From NCBI RefSeq assembly GCF_963853765.1, contig NC_088859.1:5084001-5148000 (forward strand): a stretch of 64,000 nt of DNA, in the 5' to 3' direction. This DNA is from Magallana gigas. Lineage: Eukaryota. Below are positions 1 to 11,785 of the stretch, in pieces (within the stretch, counting starts at the first letter, position 1; each line of letters opens with the position of its first letter). The notes under the pieces are model-generated. The model saw nothing but the letters and a program-made list of their open reading frames with translations, ran no database searches and had not been told where the DNA came from. The position numbers and the translations under genes were made by a program.

Positions 1-784
1 TGAGCATTATAATTAACAGAATAAAGGTAACTTTTATTAGTAATCAAACACATACATTTTCCCCTTTATTCAAAATTGACGCAAATTATAGCGTGTATAG
101 CTTTAAGATAACTCATGAATATTCTTAAATTAAAGTTCACTAGGAGGGAACCTCAAGCAGTATTTCCTCAGATTCTTGTTTTGTGATAGTAGAAAAACAA
201 GGAGCAGATTGAGGATCTGATTTTAATCAGATTGATGTTCGTCACCCATTTTTCCCAATTGAGGCATTATAAAGAATAATTATACACAATGTTACATGCT
301 TTTTCAAGCCAGCGCTTCTGCCAATTCCTACCTTGTGTGTTGTCAGGTCTTAAGTGAGTTTGGTATAAAAAGTTGAAAAAACTTATACACATATATTTCC
401 ATATATGCAAAGAACACATTTTTGGTAATATATAAAATTGTGTTTAAAATAAATTGCAGAGTCCAACGAACTCTATTACAAATTGGTGTGGGCCAAGATA
501 CATTTTATCTGTTATATGATATATATTTTTAATGTATATCAAAGTATCAAGCCAGCAAACATTCTAAATTTTCTCAAATCTTTTAATTTGAGAACAGTTA
601 GAGGTGGACAATCTGAAGAATGTGGCAATAACTGTGATAGCAAGCAAAGGTCCGCAGTACCTTTACAGGTAAGGTACTGTAAATGATGCAGTACTTTGTC
701 TGTCTGTCTGCCCATCCATCCGTCCATCCATCCGTCTGTCTGTCCATCTGTCTGTCTTATGTGATAACCAACAACCATCTTCAG

Positions 785-1050
785 TATCTCAATAGGTAAG
801 ATATAAGTCCCCAGAATCTCTATAGGTGAGTCCATTTACAGTATCTCTTCAGGTGAGTTAAAAGTCTATAGTATCTCTATATGTGAGTTATAAATCCACA
901 GTGTCTCTATGGATGAGTAATACTTTTGTCCCAGTGTCTCTATGGATGAGTTAGAAGTCCACAGTATCTCTATAGATGAGATTAAAGACTACAGTATCTC
1001 TACACGTGAGTAACATTAAGTCACCAGTATCTCTATTGGTGAATTCTAAG
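785..1050 (+). repeat. ~30-bp intronic minisatellite (CAGTATCTCTATAGGTGAGTTATAAGTCCA); paralogs ~19030-19310 and ~52455-53070 (interrupted by a MITE)
   Basis: Visible tandem units; the consensus resembles the upstream exon/donor junction. Confidence 0.85.
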
Positions 1051-2246
1051 TCCTAAATTTAAACCACCTTTAACTGTCTCACCCTAGTGCCTTGTATACT
1101 TGTACTTTAAGGGAGTGTTCCTAACCCTGATACCTTTAACTCCTCCACAGGATTTAATGCTTCTGTAGTCATGGCTGTCCACCTATCATTATGTTTCTTT
1201 TCATTGACCATTGAAGTGATATAATGAGCATTGATATTATCTTCGTTTTATATCATATTTGTTTGCTGTGTGATATACTGCTGTTATTGTACATTCCCAG
1301 GATGCTGGTCAGACTGTTAGGTACGTCAGGAGTCCGAGCCGACATGATCACGGTGTTCATCGATGGATTCTTCCAGGTCTGTACATCCCTAAAAATTGTT
1401 GTTACAATAGACTGCATAACACACACAGTTAACACTATGTTTACTGACAAGCTTATGGGAATATAATTGTGTGTGTAATTTTCCTGTGTCAGGAGCCCCT
1501 GGAGGTGACCAGACTGCTCGGATTGAGGGGGATACAGCACACATCCCAGGGGAAGAAGAACGCCAGCACTACAAGGCCAGCCTTACTGCCACCTTTGACC
1601 TTCACCCAGTAAGTCCTTGACTTTCTATTTTCTACTTTATACCATGGTTTTTAGAAATATGTACATTTATGTTGTAGATTCAACTTTTGTATCAAGGAGA
1701 AACTCTTTTTTCAAACAATCCTATATGATCATCAGTGATTGTGTGTAAAATGGTTTAGGGGTCACAGCCACAATACATAGGTACTCTTTGGATACCCCGG
1801 CTTCCTCCCTTATTGTTGACTCTTTTGTGTCAACATTCATGCTTACAAAGGATAGTTATATAAATTGTTTAAGTTTGTTTATCAATGTTGCAAAAATAAG
1901 TTTAGTTTAAATGGAAATACATGTAATTTCAAATTTCTCTCCAGGAGGCTTTGTATACCGTTGTCATTGAGGAAGATCTAGATGTGTCACCAGACTTTTT
2001 CAAGTAGGTCAATTATGTCTGCTATGAACTGTAAAGCCAGTTATATTTATTTCAGAGGAACAAAGAAAAGTAAAACTCTGTCTTTTAATGTTGATGCTAT
2101 ATTCATGTAAATGTCATCAAATATGTACAAATGTAATTCATCCCTCCGTAAACTACCAGTGTTCTGCTTGTTTCAGTTACTTTAGTCAGACCCTGCACCT
2201 GATGGAGAAGGACAGCAGTTTGTACTGTATCTCTGCTTGGAACGAC

Positions 2247-3010
2247 CAGGTAAATAAAACTGAAAACATTCCAACATCAGTTTATGCTGTGTGACCAAGT
2301 GAGTAAACTGAACACATCCCAACATCAGTTGATGTTGTTTGAGCAGGTAAGTAAGCCGAACACATTCCAACATCAGTTGATGGTGTTTGAGAAGGTAAGT
2401 AAACCGAACACATTCCAACATCAGTTTATGGTGGTTGAGCAGGTAAGTAAACCGAACACATTCCAACATCAGTTTATGGTGGTTGAGCAGGTAAGTAAAA
2501 CTGAACACATTCCAACATCAGTTTATGGTGGTTGAGCAGGTAAGTAAAACTGAACACATTCCAACATCAGTTTATGGTGGTTGAGCAGGTAAGTAAAACT
2601 GAACACATTCCAACATCAGTTTATGGTGGTTGAGCAGGTAAGTAAAACTGAACACATTCCAACATCAGTTTATGGTGGTTGAGCAGGTAAGTAAAACTGA
2701 ACACATTCCAACATCAGTTTATGGTGGTTGAGCAGGTGAGTAAGACCGAAAACATTCCAACATCAGTCTATGGTGGTTGAGCAGGTAAGTAAAACTGAAC
2801 ACATTCCAACATCAGTTTATGGTGGTTGAGCAGGTAAGTAAAACTGAACACATTCCAACATCAGTTTATGGTGGTTGAGCAGGTGAGTAAGACCGAAAAC
2901 ATTCCAACATCAGTCTATGGTGGTTGAGCAGGTAAATAAACTGAATGCATCCCATCATCAGTCTATGCTGTGTGACCAGGTAAGTACACTGAACGCATTC
3001 CAACATCAGT
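2247..3010 (+). repeat. 48-49-bp intronic minisatellite (CAGGTAAGTAAAACTGAACACATTCCAACATCAGTTTATGGTGGTTGAG), ~15 units
   Basis: Near-identical head-to-tail units with no spacers, starting at the exon donor. Confidence 0.95.
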
Positions 3011-4145
3011 TTATGGTGTATCTTTGCTTGGAATGACCAGTTGACTAAACTGGATGAAATGATAATTTCACGGTTGTTATTAGAATCAAATTTTCTTATT
3101 AAAAATTTAATTGATAATAGCTGATAAAAAATAACTATCCTATTATGTATATTTATAAAGGTCACATCATTGTTGGTAATGTTGACCTATTTGTTTTGGT
3201 TAACAAGAGATTCCCACTTAAGTAAAGACTGTCAACATAACATTTTTCACCTCAAAAAAGTATCAGCCTCATTCTGTGCTTCAACCCCAATTTACTTCTT
3301 TAAAGACATGAACCTTTTTATATGCTCAAGGTCAAATTTTTGTATCCTTAAGGTCAAATTTTTGTTAAGATTTGGCCTGGTTCCTTGTTTTAGGGTTACT
3401 CCCACTCATGTAAGGACCCACGTAAGCTGTACCGGGTGGAGACCATGCCGGGGCTGGGCTGGCTGCTGAAGAAGAAACTCTTTAAGGACGAACTGGAGAA
3501 ACAGTGGCCTTCTTCTGACAAAGTAAGGACAAACTGATTTTTAACAGACAAATTATCTTTCATAAGTTTAAGCCCTAACCCTTATCAAAACTATGCTAAA
3601 AACTTATTTTTACTTAAATTTCATTTTCCTTTATTAAATCTAAAATACTGTTTGATATTTCACAATGATATGATGTCAGTCTTGACGTAGTTTTACTTTT
3701 ACTTCCTTTTACCTTGTAATTAGTCATGTGATGACTTACCTTTAATTAACACCTGTGTGTTTCTGTGATTGACAGCAGTGGTACTGGGACATGTGGATGC
3801 GTCTCCCCACGGTCAGGAAGAACCGGGAGTGTATCATTCCGGACGTCTCCCGCACCTATCACTTTGGATCTAAAGGACTCAACATGAATCCGTACTTGCA
3901 GGAAGTCTACTTCAAAAAACACTCCATTGTTAACGAATCTAACGTCGCTCTGAAGGACCTAGACAGGTGAAACTGAGCTTCTTCCTTTGTAATGTAAACT
4001 CCTCCATGAATTGATATAGACTTAATATTTACATTTTTCAGTGTGTTTGTCTTATATACCAATATAAGTACATATAATAAGGAATCATTCTTTGAATATT
4101 ATGAGGTGATAATTATCTCCTCATAATACTTAAAGAATGATTCCT

Positions 4146-4372
4146 TACTGTAGATTCTAAATTAAACGCGAGGAAATAATAGGCATATCCACGTAAAATC
4201 GCAAGAAGCATCCTTCGCAGATTTAAAAATCTCGCCATTATTTTCTGAGAGTTGAAAACTATCTGAAATAAGGAGAAAAATACAACGTTCGCGATTTTAT
4301 ATTCTCGCATTTTGATACAAACCAGCAGGATCGCAGACTTAAGTACTCGCGTATTATAAGGAATTTACAGTA
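4146..4372. mobile_element. MITE with TACTGT...ACAGTA termini (TA-flanked); paralogs 21811-22037, 55973-56199 and partial 33985-34035
   Basis: Imperfect TIR: TACTGTAGATTCTAAATTAAACGCGAG versus the reverse complement of CTCGCGTATTATAAGGAATTTACAGTA. Confidence 0.7.
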
Positions 4373-4746
4373 TTCCTTTAGTAAAATCAATACCTTTGTA
4401 AGTTTTTATATATAAGTCACCTGTGTTTAATTTTATTTTTGGTCATAAACTTACATCTGTCTTTATAGATTCATAAATTTTCTATTTTAAAACTAAAAAC
4501 ATTTATGTGTTTTAATGTACATGTATATGTTATATTCCGTATTACAAATGACAGATGAACAAATGCATAAATAACTCATTTGTATAATAATCTTGATGCA
4601 AATTTGAATATAAAAATGTAATCTGAATATTTTCCAGGATTACAGCTGACAAATACGAGGTGATGATAAATGAGATCCTGAAGTCAGGGGTAGTAGTGGA
4701 CCACAGCAATGACCCGTGTGATAGCGGGCTGGTCCCCGACAACAAG

Positions 4747-5037
4747 GTACATATGGTACATTATATATCTATATATACAGTACATATAGTACATTATATG
4801 TATAACTATAGTACATATAGTACATTATATATATAACTATAATATAATAGTACATTATATATATATACAGTACATATAGTACATTATATATATAACTATA
4901 GTACATATAGTACATTATATATATAACTATAGTACATATAGTACATTATATATATAACCATAGTACATATAGTACATTATATATATAACTATAGTACATA
5001 TAGTACATTATATATATATAACTATAGTACATATACA
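4747..5037. repeat. AT-rich ~29-31-bp minisatellite (AACTATAGTACATATAGTACATTATATATAT); paralogs 22427-22689, ~35910-36388 (partly N) and 56574-56896
   Basis: Visible tandem units directly after the ITADKYE exon donor. Confidence 0.9.
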
Positions 5038-5289
5038 TGATCACAGCAAGGATCCGTGTGATAGCGGGCCTGTCCCTGACAACAAGGTATTTACATGAAG
5101 TAAACATATACATTACTCTAGTACCTGTCCATGAGTGCAGTACGTTGTATTTTGTTTATTGTTCATTTTAAGGACTTTTTATAGTTGAATGATAATTCTG
5201 AACTATTTACTTTCTAAAATTATAAGTACTCATAGTATAAATCAGCTGGCACTGAGGCTTTGATGATTGGATAACATCATACAATGAGA

Positions 5290-5375
5290 CACAGGAGCCA
5301 AGCCCGTTTTAACATTGATTTCAATGTAACCATAGTTACATTGAAATTAATGTTAAAACGGGCTTTGTCCCTGTG
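5290..5375. mobile_element. 86-bp palindromic MITE, hAT-like, copy 1 only
   Basis: CACAGG...CCTGTG ends, 30-bp arms with 1 mismatch around a 4-nt loop, and an 8-bp direct repeat CAATGAGA on both sides (5282-5289, 5376-5383). Absent in the other copies. Confidence 0.75.
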
Positions 5376-5600
5376 CAATGAGAAGGTATGTGATGCACAT
5401 CAATGACCTCTTAATCTCACCAAAATAAATGCTGGTGGACAGTTCATTGTTTTTGGTTTTTTGGTGTAGATCATTATTCAATTATCTAAAGACTGTACTC
5501 ATTTTTAAACATATTTATATTTTGTCTAGGATACTGTACATGTCATGTACATACAAATGCCACATCCCACAGATTTTACCACCTGGAAACAGCTCGCCAA

Positions 5601-5602
<2 letters not shown>

Positions 5603-5657
<55 letters not shown>
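5603..5657 (+). repeat. (GA)n microsatellite starting at the splice donor GTGAGAGA...; (CT)n at 6242-6313 likewise follows GTAAGT; other (CT/GA)n at ~10238-10298 and ~14384-14418, with paralogs in the other units
   Basis: Direct reading. Confidence 0.9.
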
Positions 5658-5663
<6 letters not shown>

Positions 5664-6235
5664 GAATTGTTATTATATATGGTTGCCTGATATTCATGAG
5701 TTTATAAGGTACACCTGCCTATGAATTTTAATCATTAACAAATTATGAGACTTGATCTTTGTATCCATTATAAAAAAAATGGAAATCCACAAATTTGTTT
5801 AATTTATTTTTAAGCATTAATTCAAAATATTATAGATTTAGATATACCGGTAGATTGAATAAAGAATGAGTACTGTAACTTTATTATGTTACAGTACATA
5901 CATGTATGTAAGATCAATAAACACAAATTGTTAAGATTTCTCTAACAGTGTTATTCTGTGTGATCACTCATTTAAACTACATGAATTTTCTGTTTCTATG
6001 TTAGTGCTACCATTTGTGGGATCTAGATGTGCGAGGATTTCACAAGGTATGACTTCTTACTAAAAGCAGATACAGATAAAGTTATTTATTGTATTATATA
6101 TTACTTTTATGACTATTGAAGCATCAACCAGTCCTTGAGAATATAAGTTTGGCGTTTGCTGATTTCAGAGTATGTGGAGACTATACCTGAATGGGACACC
6201 TGTAATATTAGTGGGGGTACCTGCCTCCCCCTACC

Positions 6236-6317
<82 letters not shown>

Positions 6318-9300
6318 CTTATTAATAAGATTTTAGCAGTTAAAATGCCATTCTTGTTATGCAGTCATGTATTTTCATCCAACTCTGCAGATTTTTTTAA
6401 TTGTTTCTTAATAACTGAAAGTCAAAGCAAAGACCAATAAATTTTCATGTAGTTTTTGGCATACATTTAGTTATTTATTTACACAGCTCGCATAAACCAG
6501 ACAGTGTGAAGCCATTTGTACTGGAGGAACCATCAAAGAAAGCCAAGGCCCAGTAGTGGAATGACCCCTGGCCCCAGTAAAGGGCTGTTTCCTCCCCTCA
6601 ATCCATCGCCAGGGTAGATCTGGCTCTGACCACTTGTAAACTTAGGAATTTGACTCGGCTTTTCCTCCTCTTGGACCAGGATCTAGACACAATTTACAAT
6701 AAACAGGGTAACAGGAGTGAACCCTGTAAGGAACTGTTGTGTGCAATATTATCATCTTGTTGGATTAAACAACATCTTTATTGTTATGATAAACCAATGT
6801 ATGTTTTAAGTACACTGGTGTGTATTGTTAGCTTTAAGATGTGGATATACTGCACACATGTCAAGAATAAAAAATAATACTCTTGAGTTTTTGATAAGTA
6901 CATGTTATTATTATTTTTGATACATGTACAACGTAGCTGTACTGTAGCAGAAATAGTCTCCTTCTGATTGTCCTATATCCCTGGGTGATTTACATGTAAA
7001 AGACAAAAGTTGTACAGAATGTTTATTTTCCTGTACAACTGCAATGAAAAACTAATTCCATGAATAAGGTCCAAGTAAAAGATTTATAAGCTGCACATAG
7101 CGTTTGATGGTGCAAAGTTTTCTCTTTATTCTGTTTGTTTTTTTTCATCTAATCAATGAAGAATATTTTTAATGCCAATGTTTTTCCTAATGACCAACCA
7201 TAAATATATCTTGTTCCGATTAGAGTCAGTGCTCACCGCCTACCAGCTGTAGGGATACTTGTTATCTTAACATCTCCTAACGAACCTAGCATTTACAGTA
7301 ACCTGCTTTTTCATTGTGTGGTATGTTTACCCTGCTCAAAGTTTGATTGGTGATATCTAGTGATTAAAAACCGGCCTTTAGGCCTTCAGCTGAAATTCTA
7401 GTAATACGTACACTCAAAAAATTCATTACATTATTATAAATTGTTTATTTAAAACTGCATTATTCTAGTACTGAATGAACAAAAAACCGTTCTGTGTTCA
7501 AGGAACATCATATCAATGATTTCTTATGAGAGATTGTTGTAATGTATATGAATGTATTTTTATATATCAAATGCCAAATTCCAAAAAACAAAGGACATTT
7601 AAACAATCTTAAGATATGCCATATCCTTTTCAGATAAATTTTTTTTGTTGACAGACATTTAAACATTCCTTGATGTTGTTTTAAGGATCTGTGATATGTT
7701 TTCAGACTTTCACATCAACATAATCTGTGTCTATTAGGGTCAATCTAAGGTCATTGTATGAAGGTCACATGTCCCTCTACAATATTTACATCTCTCCAGA
7801 ACTAAGTCTATTTTACTCTCATTACGGTATGTTTTTTGTGTTGTAAATTGTTGTTTCATACAATAAAAAAAATAGGATTGAAACAAAGCTGTTGAAACTT
7901 TTGTTGAAAATATATGTTTTATTAAGTTTACCAAGTTAACATTGCACAAACATATAGGTTTTGAAATGTGATAGTTGTCCACTGTGATATTCTCTGTTAA
8001 CAGAATTTTCACTATTTAATACCGTTGTTAGTGTTACCATGGCGATTTTCATTCGACCAGTAATAAGGGCCAACTTTCCAATTTTCTATGCAAAAAAAGA
8101 AAAATTATTGCAACTTAGTGTATATTTAGGACTGATTTGTATTGAAGTAGTTTGCAAAAAAGGGCAAAAATAACCCTGTTTACAGTATTTCAAAAAGGTA
8201 ATGAAAGTTAGATATAGATGATTAAAGTAAGGATGTACTGGTAATTAAAATTTCTCTAATTTTGTTAATTAAATAAAATGCTTAACATGAATTTTAATTC
8301 ACTATCCTCTTTTGTTAGAGTTCTGGGCATTCAAAAGGAAAATTATACTGTATTTTTTATGAATGCTCTAGTCGATTAATTTTAGTATACTCATTAATGC
8401 TCGGCATCGGCACTGCTTTTACGTCTTTTACACCTGCTTGTTTGTGCTTCATTTGAACTGCTATTGAAACAGGTTGTGATTCAATATTTCTATGCAATTG
8501 TTTTTTTGTATGGCTATAATTGTTTTTTAATGAAGTTGATATACAAGTAAATATACTTTCACTGTTGTATATGTCTTTGGCTTTTTTATTTAAAGATTTA
8601 CATGTACTTATATTTTTGATCAGTTTTTCTCTTTTAAAAAAATGGTGTACTTCAGAAACTGTGCTATGAACACTGATGATAATTTATTTTAATCTGACTC
8701 AAGATTGTCTTTTTTCATCTACTGATATTGTAATTCTTGACGTTCTAGCGGTTTCGGACCCTTAAAAACCTGATATTATGTGAATCATGTCTATTACATT
8801 GTACATTTGAAAATTAAGTTCAGAGGTTAATTATCTGCCATGTTTTGAAGTTTAACTGCAGTGACTCAACCTTTGTTACACACTGTGGATTGATTTGTGT
8901 TAATTTTAGATGTAGTAGTTTGGTGCCATTTGGTGTATTTATACTCTTAAAAAACAGCTAGGTTATGGCAGGTTAAGTCTGGGCTGTGCTGAGATCAAAG
9001 TAATGAATGTAAAGATCCTGCTTGTGTTTAGGGGGTGGGGTAAAAGTAGAGTAAAGCAAGGATACCCAAACTGATCTTGCATAAAATTTCAGCTATTTCT
9101 GATATGATTGCTAACTACGCCAAACAAAATGTGGTGTACATTGTGTGCATTCATGTAATTTTATCTGTATAATATTTATTTTCTCATAAAGAGCATTTAT
9201 TTTTTTCAATAAAACAACTCTAGTCTTATAATAAAATAGATCTGAATTTACAATATTGATTAAGTAAATTCAATTTCTGGTTATTTTAATAAAATAGATA

Positions 9301-10236
9301 TAAAAACATTTGCTGTTTTATTTTGTTGTTTATGATAAGAGTGTCTCAGCAATACCAGGAAATGTATACATGACGTCATCGCTATTTTTGTTCCCGTTTT
9401 GTGCAGGTACACGCAGGCAACAATAAGTAGCTTATATCTCTCTAAATTCAATATTGTTTCACGAAATTAATAGTTCTAAACAATCTTCAAGTGAACACCG
9501 CGTTCTTCGGAAGTTTGTTTAATTGAAAAGTCTTTGCCATAAGCTGACATAATGTACCGAAGTTGATCAGGGTTGAGTAAATAAAGAGACAATTATCTGT
9601 TTGTTTTAGAATTTAACTGTGCATGTAAGCGCTATATGTTCGTGTAATACAGCTCATATAAGACACAGGTTCAGGTGTACGGTACACAGGTATATAGGTG
9701 GGCGAGGGGTCAGGTACAAGGCTTGTCTTGTTGACTTAACCTCAGTCAAATGAAGTCGCGAGGAATGCCGGGTAGATGAATTACCATTATTTATATTACT
9801 AGACAATGACGTATTTATAAAATTACGAAGGGCAGGGCAATGGGGAAATATCATGTCTGCTCGCCCTCAGGACTTTCAGTACTTTAATTGATCTACGCTC
9901 CTCGCTGTGCCGATATACTGGCGTGGTCAATGACGCAAGACGCAATTATGTTGTAAAATGAACCAAGTCTGATTAACCGCATCAAATCTGTTTTGAACGG
10001 GGGGGGGGGGGGGGGGTTGGGTTAAAGAGAATACACTATAAATGCGTGCTTGTGGTAATTTTTTTTACGTTTCGATATACAAGTATGTATTTTTCAACTT
10101 AAAGTGGTAATGTATTCTTTAAGAATTCAAAGTAACAAGGTAACCGTTAAATCTCGCCAATTCGACAGTATATATTCTAGCTTTAAGATGATAGGAAACA
10201 AAAACTAAATTGAGAGAGATTGAAGAGTAATCGTTC

Positions 10237-10299
<63 letters not shown>

Positions 10300-11439
10300 A
10301 CGTTTCTTAATTTTCAACTTATAAATTCTCTGTGTAAAGCTCCTAAGAACATGACCGTAATGATAACATCTCATATCTGTTTTTATCTTCATTATTGAAT
10401 TCACCATAAAGTTATCTGATTTACTCGTGATGAGATCGAATGGCTTTTCGGTCTAAATTTAGATATACAAACATTCCATACATTTCAATATACGAAAAGT
10501 TTTTATAACCAATCAAATAACTAAATTTTCTAAACATAGCAAACAAAAAAGTAATCTATTTAGGACAGTTTAACAATGTAACGATTAGGCATTGAATTAC
10601 GCTCGAATCTATTTTCGAAGGAGGCTAGTGGATAAAGAAAATAGCCATCAAACTTACCTTAATTTTTAGATATGACGTCTCGTATTTTAAATTATAATTT
10701 TAGTTAAAAAAAACATTGATATATTTTAGCTTTAGAATTTTGAATATTTTACTTCTTTATTCTGAGCTTTTCTTTTTACGCGATTAATAAAGTCTAATTA
10801 AATTTTTTTTAAAAATTGGTTCGGGGGGGGGGGGGCATCCAGCCTACTTAAGTTAAGGCTCTTCGTCGATTTGTCTCTCCGTCCATCTGTCTATTTAGCT
10901 TTTATTGAATCTCTCAATCGACGACAATGTTACATTCAACTTAAGATTTTTAAACTTGGTATTTCCTATTCAGCATAGCTGCATTTAAAATATAAACTAA
11001 CTAAAGCATGACCTCAGCTTTGTGCACAAACATACAGTAGCATTGTATGCAAAGCTCTGCATCTTGCTTATAACTCGAAGTTTGACTCTCAGGTTAGTAA
11101 ATAGAAGTTTGTAAACAATTAAAACAAGAGTATAATGCACTTAAACAATAACAAAGAAAAAACTCAATTTATTTTTCATCATATATATAATAAAATATTT
11201 CTAGCAGCGAGAATAATCTCCGTTGAGATTGAAATTGCTGAGCATCTTAATAAAACATGTTGCATTAATCAACCATTACGTAGAGATCGTACCGAATTAC
11301 CTATACCAACATAATGAATAGCATTCTATGATATGTTGTTAGTGCATCAGGTTTTGCGCAGGTACACGTATACAATCAGCTGTCTGGTTTACCGGTCTAA
11401 ACGTAAAAATTTGAAATTCTAAAATAAAGACGATGTTTT

Positions 11440-11785
11440 CTCTTTTTGCAATTTTTATTTTCCTTCCCATAAGGATGATTTATGCTAAATTACGTTGAAT
11501 TTCACTCAGTAGTTCTTGATAAGAAGATTTTTAAAAACGCACCCCCTTTTCTACAGTTTCGAGGTTTTCTCCGCTTTGAATAAAGATCGGTCTTTCATTT
11601 CTGCAATTTATATTTGCCTTCCCATAATAATGCTGTGTGTAAAATTTGGTTGAAATTGGCCAAGCGGTTTTAGAGAAGAAGTTCAAAATGTAAAAAGTTT
11701 ACAGACGGACAGACGGACAGACGGACGACGGACAAAATGTGATCAGAATGGCTCACTTGAGCTTTCAGCTCTGGTGAGCTAAAAA
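11440..11785 (+). mobile_element. Non-autonomous HINE/pearl (CvA)-like element remnant; paralog ~42577-42890 and end fragment ~26899-26930
   Basis: (GACG/GACA)n microsatellite followed by the terminal imperfect hairpin GCTCACTTGAGC-TTTCA-GCTCTGGTGAGC and an A-run, typical of bivalve Helentron-derived elements. The 5' end is uncertain. Confidence 0.6.

Larger units (their letters stand above)
598..6556 (+). pseudogene. POMGNT1: POMGNT1 3' segment, copy 1 (12 exons: 598-668, 1301-1376, 1493-1608, 1945-2003, 2177-2249, 3394-3522, 3776-3966, 4638-4746, 5530-5601, 6005-6046, 6169-6236, 6487-6556); frameshifted
   Basis: Spliced GT-AG exons with consistent phases read LEVDNLKNVAITVIASKGPQYLYR / MLVRLLGTSGVRADMITVFIDGFFQ / EPLEV... 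/ EALYTVVIEEDLDVSPDFF / [24 protein letters not shown] / [23 protein letters not shown]... / QWYWDMWMR...[14 protein letters not shown] / ... / CYHLWDLDVRGFHK / SMWRLYLNGTPVILVGVPASPY / HSHKPDSVKPFVLEEP. These match the GT13 catalytic domain of POMGNT1 ([29 protein letters not shown]). Exon 1493-1608 is 116 nt versus 126 nt in the other copies, a 10-bp deletion near 1565. Confidence 0.9.

Noticed and set aside
2247-3010. CRISPR-like array
   Set aside because: Units are contiguous with no unique spacers, lie in a spliceosomal intron and there are no cas genes; it is a minisatellite.
2182-3165. Repetitive ORFs (e.g. 2182..2508, 2284..2535, 2866..3165 and paralogs at 54210-54997)
   Set aside because: By-products of the 49-bp repeat within an intron.
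5515-6440. ORFs with SLSLSL or RERERE runs (also 14382..14576 and 23055..23915)
   Set aside because: Translations of (CT/GA)n microsatellites, partly overlapping true small exons in another frame.
7740-8012. 90-aa minus ORF repeated at 25296..25568 and similar short ORFs in flanks
   Set aside because: AT-rich, disrupted in units 3 and 4, no motifs; chance ORFs in duplicated DNA.
9654-9854. Recurrent minus-strand ORF MSNNINNGNSSTRHSSRLHL... (also 40403..40600 and 61224..61421)
   Set aside because: Recurrence is explained by the segmental duplication; start and end differ between copies and there is no recognisable motif.
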